From assembly GCF_001957125.1 (NCBI RefSeq), contig NZ_MPHJ01000001.1, positions 1,029,765 to 1,061,764 of the forward strand: 32,000 bases of DNA. The letters run 5' to 3'. A program made the translations under genes and the position numbers. The notes beneath the pieces are model-generated. The model did no database searches and had not been told where the DNA came from. It saw only the letters and a program-made list of their open reading frames with translations. Shown in pieces: positions 27,518-32,000 of the stretch. Position 1 is the first letter of the stretch. Each line of letters begins with the position of its first letter. This stretch comes from Shewanella sp. UCD-KL12. Its GTDB lineage: Bacteria; Pseudomonadota; Gammaproteobacteria; Enterobacterales; Shewanellaceae.

Positions 27518-27574
27518 CTAAGTTGGGAAGTGCCACCACCAATTGATGTTTTGTGCTTGAAACTGAGTATTCAT
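27518..27574 (-). CDS. trpL: trp operon leader peptide
   Basis: The minus strand reads ATG AAT ACT CAG TTT CAA GCA CAA AAC ATC AAT TGG TGG TGG CAC TTC CCA ACT TAG, giving MNTQFQAQNINWWWHFPT. Three consecutive Trp codons sit just before the attenuator structures. Confidence 0.8.
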   Translation of the reverse strand: MNTQFQAQNINWWWHFPT

Positions 27575-27821
27575 TGGGAACTTGATTCCGTTTTAAATAG
27601 AAAAAACATGTAAAAGTAAATGCTATCTGTGCATTCAGTAGCTATATAAAAACATTAGCACCTTGATGATGTCAATTGAATATTTTGATATTTGATCATA
27701 TCTGACCAGAAGAGGGATAATTCCCTGCTTTTATCTGTTTGAGTGTCGCAATTTAACAAGTAATTGCCACAGCGTTTAACTCTTTTCCCCTTTTGCTAAC
27801 AAACTCAAGTAGAATACGCCT

Positions 27822-28688
27822 ATGACAGATGAAACTTTATTAATCGATCTCCATAGCCATTCAAGTGCATCCGATGGCCAACTCACCCCCTCAGAGCTCG
27901 TTGAGCGTGCTATTGAAAATGGCGTACAGATGTTTGCCATCACAGATCACGATACAACAGCGGGTTTGGCTGAAGCACATGCCTATAATCAATCACATAA
28001 GTCGCCTTTAACCTTATTAAATGGGGTTGAGGTTTCAACCCGTTGGCACAGCCATGATATTCATATCGTTGGACTTAATGTCAGTCTAGATGATGAGGCA
28101 TTTGAAGCCTTTTTAGCTAATCAAAGGGAGCTCAGAGAGCTTAGAGCCAAAGAGATTGGCCTTAGGCTTGCTAAAGCTGGAATTGAAGGTGCATACGAAG
28201 GGGCAAAAGCACTGGCGGGAGAGGCGGCATTAAGTCGCGGTCATTATGCTCGCTGGTTAGCTGATAACGAATATGCGACGAGCATGGCTAATGTGTTTAA
28301 GAAATATTTAGCCCGTGGCAAGACAGGCTATGTGCCAAACAACTGGTCTGAAATGGAAGTGGCGATAGCGAAAATACATCAAGCAGGTGGCATCGCCATT
28401 TTAGCGCACCCTAGTGGCTACAAATTATCTGCTAAGTGGGTAAAACGGTTAGCGCGTGAATTTAAAGAAGCGGGTGGTGATGCAATGGAAGTGGTTGTAA
28501 GTCGCCAGACCGTTGAAGATCGAAATAACTTAATCGCATTGAGCCTGAAAAATGATTTGGCCGCATCGCTTGGCAGTGATTTTCATTTTCCAGGCAGCTT
28601 CATTGAGCTAGGTAAAAGTATGTATCAGCCCAAAGGGGTGAATTGGGTGTGGCAAATGGACAATTGGAAGATGGGGCAAGCCGCATAA
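27822..28688 (+). CDS. trpH: PHP-domain phosphoesterase TrpH/YciV (RNase AM-type)
   Basis: N-terminal DLHSHSSASDG and ITDHDT PHP metal-binding motifs. It is divergent from the trp operon, as in Escherichia coli. Confidence 0.85.
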   Translation: MTDETLLIDLHSHSSASDGQLTPSELVERAIENGVQMFAITDHDTTAGLAEAHAYNQSHKSPLTLLNGVEVSTRWHSHDIHIVGLNVSLDDEAFEAFLANQRELRELRAKEIGLRLAKAGIEGAYEGAKALAGEAALSRGHYARWLADNEYATSMANVFKKYLARGKTGYVPNNWSEMEVAIAKIHQAGGIAILAHPSGYKLSAKWVKRLAREFKEAGGDAMEVVVSRQTVEDRNNLIALSLKNDLAASLGSDFHFPGSFIELGKSMYQPKGVNWVWQMDNWKMGQAA

Positions 28689-28756
28689 TCATTATGACAT
28701 TTATGATGTTGATAGGTTTGAAGCACCATAGTTGAGAAGAATAGAATGAGAGTATT

Positions 28757-29377
28757 ATGAGTCAGTTTTTTTATGTACACGAAGAAAATCCGCAGCAGCG
28801 TCTGATAAATCAGGCTGTTAATGCGCTAAAAAGTGGTGGTGTGATTGTATATCCGACCGATTCAGGCTATGCCCTTGGGTGTTTACTGGGTGATAAAGAT
28901 GCGATGAGTCGCATGGTACGAATACGTCAGATTGAAAATGATCATAACTTTTCACTTATGTGCCGCGATCAATCCGAACTCTCTGCTTATGCTAAGGTCG
29001 ATAACCAAGCTTATCGTGTGCTTAAGCATAATACGCCTGGTCCTTACACATTTATTTTTAAGGCAAGCAAAGAGGTGCCTAAGCGTCTTCAAAACCCAAA
29101 GAAGAAGACCATAGGTATAAGAGTACCGGATAATGTGATTGCGCTTGCACTGCTTGAGGCTTTAGATGAGCCTTTGATGTCAACAAGCTTAATTCTACCA
29201 GGTGAAGAGTTTACAGAGTCAGATCCTGAGCATATTCGAGATATCTTAGAGCATCAGGTCGATGCCATTATCCATGGTGGTTATTTAGGTGAAAAGCCTA
29301 CTACTGTCATCGATATGTCTGATGGCGATATTGAGATAATACGTGAAGGCGCAGGTGATGTGAGCCCTTTTGTTTGA
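28757..29377 (+). CDS. yciO: Sua5/YciO/YrdC-family protein (YciO-like)
   Basis: 206 aa with a YrdC-fold signature (VIVYPTDSGYALGC, GPYTFIF, IGIRVPD). It follows trpH, as in enterobacteria. Confidence 0.85.
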   Translation: MSQFFYVHEENPQQRLINQAVNALKSGGVIVYPTDSGYALGCLLGDKDAMSRMVRIRQIENDHNFSLMCRDQSELSAYAKVDNQAYRVLKHNTPGPYTFIFKASKEVPKRLQNPKKKTIGIRVPDNVIALALLEALDEPLMSTSLILPGEEFTESDPEHIRDILEHQVDAIIHGGYLGEKPTTVIDMSDGDIEIIREGAGDVSPFV

Positions 29378-29523
29378 TTAAGCTGTCGAATTGATGATTA
29401 AAAGAGTATAATCGCGCGCTCGTTTTGCAGCTTGAGACATTTTTGCGGTAATTTGGCTAAATTAATGTCTGCTAAGCGAAAAATACTTTTAACAATGATA
29501 GTGATTTAAACTGAGGACAGTGG

Positions 29524-30312
29524 ATGCAGGGGACTCAAAAAAGTTTGCCCTTGGCCATTGTCAGAGGTGAGCCGGTTAAACAATTGCCGGCAGATCTGTT
29601 TATCCCCCCTGAAGCGCTTGAGGTCTTTCTCGAGTCATTTGAGGGGCCGCTCGATCTGCTTTTGTATCTGATCCGTAAGCAGAAGCTCGATGTTGTCGAG
29701 CTGCCGATATGGCCTGTGACCAAGCAGTATCTTGAATATATTGAACTGCTCCAAGGTGCGCGCGTTGAACTGGCTGCTGACTACTTAGTGATGGCGGCAA
29801 CGCTGGCTGAAATTAAGTCGCGGTTATTGTTGCCAAGACCTGTCACTGAAGATGAAGAGGAGGAAGATCCTCGAGCACAGTTGATTCGTCAATTGAAAGC
29901 TTATGAAGTGATTAAAGAGGCGCAGCAGCAGCTAGATGAACTGCCTCGGTTAGAGCGAGACGTTTTTCAAGCGAGAGCAACACCTGCACCTGATATTAAG
30001 CCTTTGTTATTACCACCAGAGGTTTCGCTCACTGAAATTGCTCGGGCATTTGGCGCAGTAATGAAACGCATAGAAGCCACTGAGCATCATCACGTTAAGC
30101 GTGAAGTCTTGTCTACTCGAGAGCGGATGGCGCAGATTTTATCGCTGCTCGATGGTGAAGATTACTTGCCTTTTGAAGCCTTGTTTAATATTGCTGAAGG
30201 ACGTAGCGGGGTCGTGGTGAGCTTTTTAGCTTTGATGGAGCTTGTAAAAGAGCTTTTGGTGGAGCTGGTACAAACAGAACCGTTTTCAACCATACACGTT
30301 AAGGCATATTGA
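29524..30312 (+). CDS. scpA: segregation and condensation protein A (kleisin ScpA)
   Basis: FEGPLDLLLYLIRKQKLDV at the N-terminus. There is an acidic linker and a winged-helix C-terminus. Confidence 0.85.
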   Translation: MQGTQKSLPLAIVRGEPVKQLPADLFIPPEALEVFLESFEGPLDLLLYLIRKQKLDVVELPIWPVTKQYLEYIELLQGARVELAADYLVMAATLAEIKSRLLLPRPVTEDEEEEDPRAQLIRQLKAYEVIKEAQQQLDELPRLERDVFQARATPAPDIKPLLLPPEVSLTEIARAFGAVMKRIEATEHHHVKREVLSTRERMAQILSLLDGEDYLPFEALFNIAEGRSGVVVSFLALMELVKELLVELVQTEPFSTIHVKAY

Positions 30313-30993
30313 TTGTCAGTATCAAAGCAAAAAAAACAAGCACACATTAACCCTGATCAACTCAAGCAGTTGATTGAGGCAAGTCTGTTTGTCTTAGGCA
30401 AGTCAGTCACGATTAAGGCGTTAAAAGAGACTGTTTTAGTGAACTTTAGTGTGACTCGAGTTAAAATTAAGTCAGCACTTGAGGAGCTTCAACAAGATTA
30501 TCAAGGGCGAGGCATAGAGTTAGTTAGCGTCGCTGGTGGTTATCGATTTCAAACAATCGAAGCCCTAAGTCCTTATCTTCAGCCGTTATGGCAGGAGAAG
30601 GCACCTAAGTATTCACGTGCTACGTTAGAGACGTTAGCCGTTATCGCCTACAGGCAACCAGTCACTCGCGGTGATATTGAGTTTGTTAGGGGCGTTGCTG
30701 TTAGTAGTCATACCATTAAGAGTTTGACTGATAGACAGTGGATCAAATCTGTGGGGCATAAAGAGGTTCCGGGTAGACCGGCTCTGTATGCTACAACTAC
30801 AGAATTTTTAGCATACTTTGGCTTAGATGCTTTAGCGGATCTACCCCCGCTAACTGATTCTGAGTCTTTAGAGGCACTATTTTCTAATGTGAGCAGTAAC
30901 GTTGAGTCCAATAATGAGGATAAGACTGAAGCGCCACAGGTAGAGGATGAGCCTAAAAATACATTAAATATAGAAGAGTCTACTAATGAGTGA
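30313..30993 (+). CDS. scpB: segregation and condensation protein B (ScpB)
   Basis: The [14 protein letters not shown] and GYRFQT motifs, followed by a second winged-helix domain and an acidic tail. The only available start right after the scpA stop is a TTG at 30313, so the start is uncertain. Confidence 0.8.
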   Translation: MSVSKQKKQAHINPDQLKQLIEASLFVLGKSVTIKALKETVLVNFSVTRVKIKSALEELQQDYQGRGIELVSVAGGYRFQTIEALSPYLQPLWQEKAPKYSRATLETLAVIAYRQPVTRGDIEFVRGVAVSSHTIKSLTDRQWIKSVGHKEVPGRPALYATTTEFLAYFGLDALADLPPLTDSESLEALFSNVSSNVESNNEDKTEAPQVEDEPKNTLNIEESTNE

Positions 30994-31852
30994 AAAATTG
31001 CAGAAAGTCTTGGCCCGTGCAGGCCATGGCTCCCGTCGTGAGATGGAGGCATGGATTGCTGCAGGCCGAATTAGTATAGATGGTGAAATTGCTAACCTTG
31101 GAGATCGTGTCGAAGCTGATGCTAAGATCCGTATCGATGGGCGCCCAGTTTCTATTAAGTCTGAAGAAGATGTTGTTTGTCGTGTGATTGCTTATCATAA
31201 GCCTGAAGGTGAGATATGTAGCCGCAAAGACCCTGAAGGTCGTCCAACTGTATTCGATCGTCTGCCTAAAACGCGTGATTCTCGTTGGGTTGCAGTGGGT
31301 CGTCTGGATATCAATACTTCAGGTCTACTCCTGTTCACCTCTGATGGTGAGCTTGCCAATCGCCTAATGCACCCATCAAATGAAGTTGAACGTGAATATG
31401 CGGTACGAACATTTGGTGAAGTGAACGATGCATGTATTCAGCGTCTTCGAACTGGCGTTACCCTTGAAGATGGCCCTGCTAGCTTTGATAAAGTGAAAGC
31501 GGCTGGCGGTGAAGGCATGAATAAGTGGTGGCATGTGTCACTGGCTGAAGGCCGTAACCGTGAAGTACGTCGTTTATGGGAATCTCAAGAGGTTCAGGTG
31601 AGTCGTTTGATCCGTATTCGTTACGGTGCGATTGAGCTACCTAAGTCTCTCCCTCGTGGTGGTTGGGTTGAACTGACTTTAGAGCAAGTTAACTACTTGA
31701 GACAAACTGCAGGTATGCAGGAGGAGACACGCTCTATCATGGGAACTGATAAGCATAGTGTCGCGCGCTCAAAGGTTAAAGGGGCTAAGATCCGCCGTGC
31801 AGTGCGTAAGCATAAAGCGGTTGCCAGTAAGCCTGCTCGTAAGAGAACATAA
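30986..31852 (+). CDS. rluB: 23S rRNA pseudouridine synthase RluB (RsuA family)
   Basis: N-terminal S4 domain ([16 protein letters not shown]). Catalytic motif [13 protein letters not shown] and a lysine/arginine-rich C-terminal tail. It overlaps scpB by 8 nt. Confidence 0.9.
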   Translation: MSEKLQKVLARAGHGSRREMEAWIAAGRISIDGEIANLGDRVEADAKIRIDGRPVSIKSEEDVVCRVIAYHKPEGEICSRKDPEGRPTVFDRLPKTRDSRWVAVGRLDINTSGLLLFTSDGELANRLMHPSNEVEREYAVRTFGEVNDACIQRLRTGVTLEDGPASFDKVKAAGGEGMNKWWHVSLAEGRNREVRRLWESQEVQVSRLIRIRYGAIELPKSLPRGGWVELTLEQVNYLRQTAGMQEETRSIMGTDKHSVARSKVKGAKIRRAVRKHKAVASKPARKRT

Positions 31853-31898
31853 ATAATCATGCATGATTTTTAGGCTTTATAGCCTAAAAGCTGTAAAG

Positions 31899-31925
31899 AA
31901 AAGGCTGCATCTGCAGCCTTTTTTA
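31899..31925 (+). terminator. rho-independent terminator of rluB
   Basis: AAGGCTGC-atct-GCAGCCTT is followed by TTTTTT. A smaller hairpin, TAGGCT-ttat-AGCCTA (31871-31886), precedes it. Confidence 0.8.
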
Positions 31926-31993
31926 TGTCTGGAACATTTATGCAATATTCCCATGGATGGATAGAATATTGCGTTATGTCTGGAACATTTATG
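31923..31993. repeat. two perfect 20-bp direct repeats with a 51-bp period at the window edge
   Basis: TTATGTCTGGAACATTTATG occurs at 31923-31942 and 31974-31993. The 31-bp spacer contains the inverted repeat CAATATTC...GAATATTG. The window ends 7 nt after the second copy. Confidence 0.6.
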
Positions 31994-32000
31994 TAGGTTT

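Noticed and set aside
27575-27821. TrpR operator or clear sigma-70 promoter for the trp operon in the trpL-trpH divergent region
   Set aside because: A perfect TTGACA (27670-27675, minus strand) exists but has no acceptable -10 at 16-18 nt. The nearby imperfect palindrome GCTACTG...CAGATAGC does not resemble the GTACTAG-type TrpR box. This is not enough to make a call.
30708-31198. 114-aa and 71-aa minus-strand ORFs overlapping scpB and rluB
   Set aside because: They are antisense to two confidently identified, translationally coupled genes, and they show no motifs.
31923-31993. CRISPR array or sigma-54 promoter interpretation of the 20-bp direct repeats
   Set aside because: Only two copies are visible, the repeat is AT-rich without typical CRISPR repeat features, and there are no cas genes. 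The TGGAAC-N5-TGCA within the first copy has GG-to-GC spacing one nucleotide short of the strict sigma-54 -24/-12 geometry, and the second copy lacks the GC element.
1-32000. Whole-window search for a defence island, prophage, integron, toxin-antitoxin pair, retron, CRISPR array or other novel multi-gene system
   Set aside because: Every ORF over 100 aa except one (15246-15680) is assignable to a well-known housekeeping or metal-homeostasis family. I saw no integrase, transposase, tRNA attachment site, nuclease, helicase, reverse transcriptase, ATPase pairs or long repeat arrays. Claiming a new system would not be supported by the sequence.

Overview
The window looks like an ordinary core-chromosome segment of a gammaproteobacterium. 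A Shewanella/Alteromonadales origin is a tentative guess from gene order only. Coding density is high and GC is roughly 45%.

Contents, left to right:
- A 5'-truncated cation:proton antiporter.
- A co-directional minus-strand string nikR, TonB-dependent receptor, hypF-hypB-hypC-hypD-hypE-hypA ([NiFe]-hydrogenase maturation). It is divergent from a plus-strand nikABCDE-type ABC importer. Together these form a roughly 14 kb nickel acquisition and insertion locus with no hydrogenase structural genes in view.
- An AT-rich orphan gene for a small membrane protein.
- A secreted S9 (prolyl-oligopeptidase family) serine peptidase.
- A yeeE/yeeD (TsuA/TusA-like) thiosulfate-uptake pair.
- A complete trp operon, trpL-trpE-G-D-C(F)-B-A, with a classic WWW leader peptide and attenuator.
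- The conserved neighbours trpH(yciV)-yciO-scpA-scpB-rluB.

I found no integrase, transposase, tRNA, CRISPR array, nuclease/helicase/reverse-transcriptase gene or other hallmark of a defence or mobile island. I therefore cannot support a claim of a novel multi-gene system here.

The observations most worth a second look are non-coding:
1. A recurrent 29-bp dyad on both sides of nikR. It is a candidate NikR operator that would place the TonB-dependent receptor in the nickel regulon.
2. An 866-bp ORF-free gap between yeeE and trpA. It contains a 311-bp MITE-like, highly self-complementary element wedged between the trpA stop codon and the trp terminator.
3. In the same gap, a CRP-type palindrome placed as in a class II promoter, with a perfect TATAAT and a roughly 313-nt leader ahead of yeeE.

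All functional calls rest on motif recognition in the supplied translations. No database search was possible.
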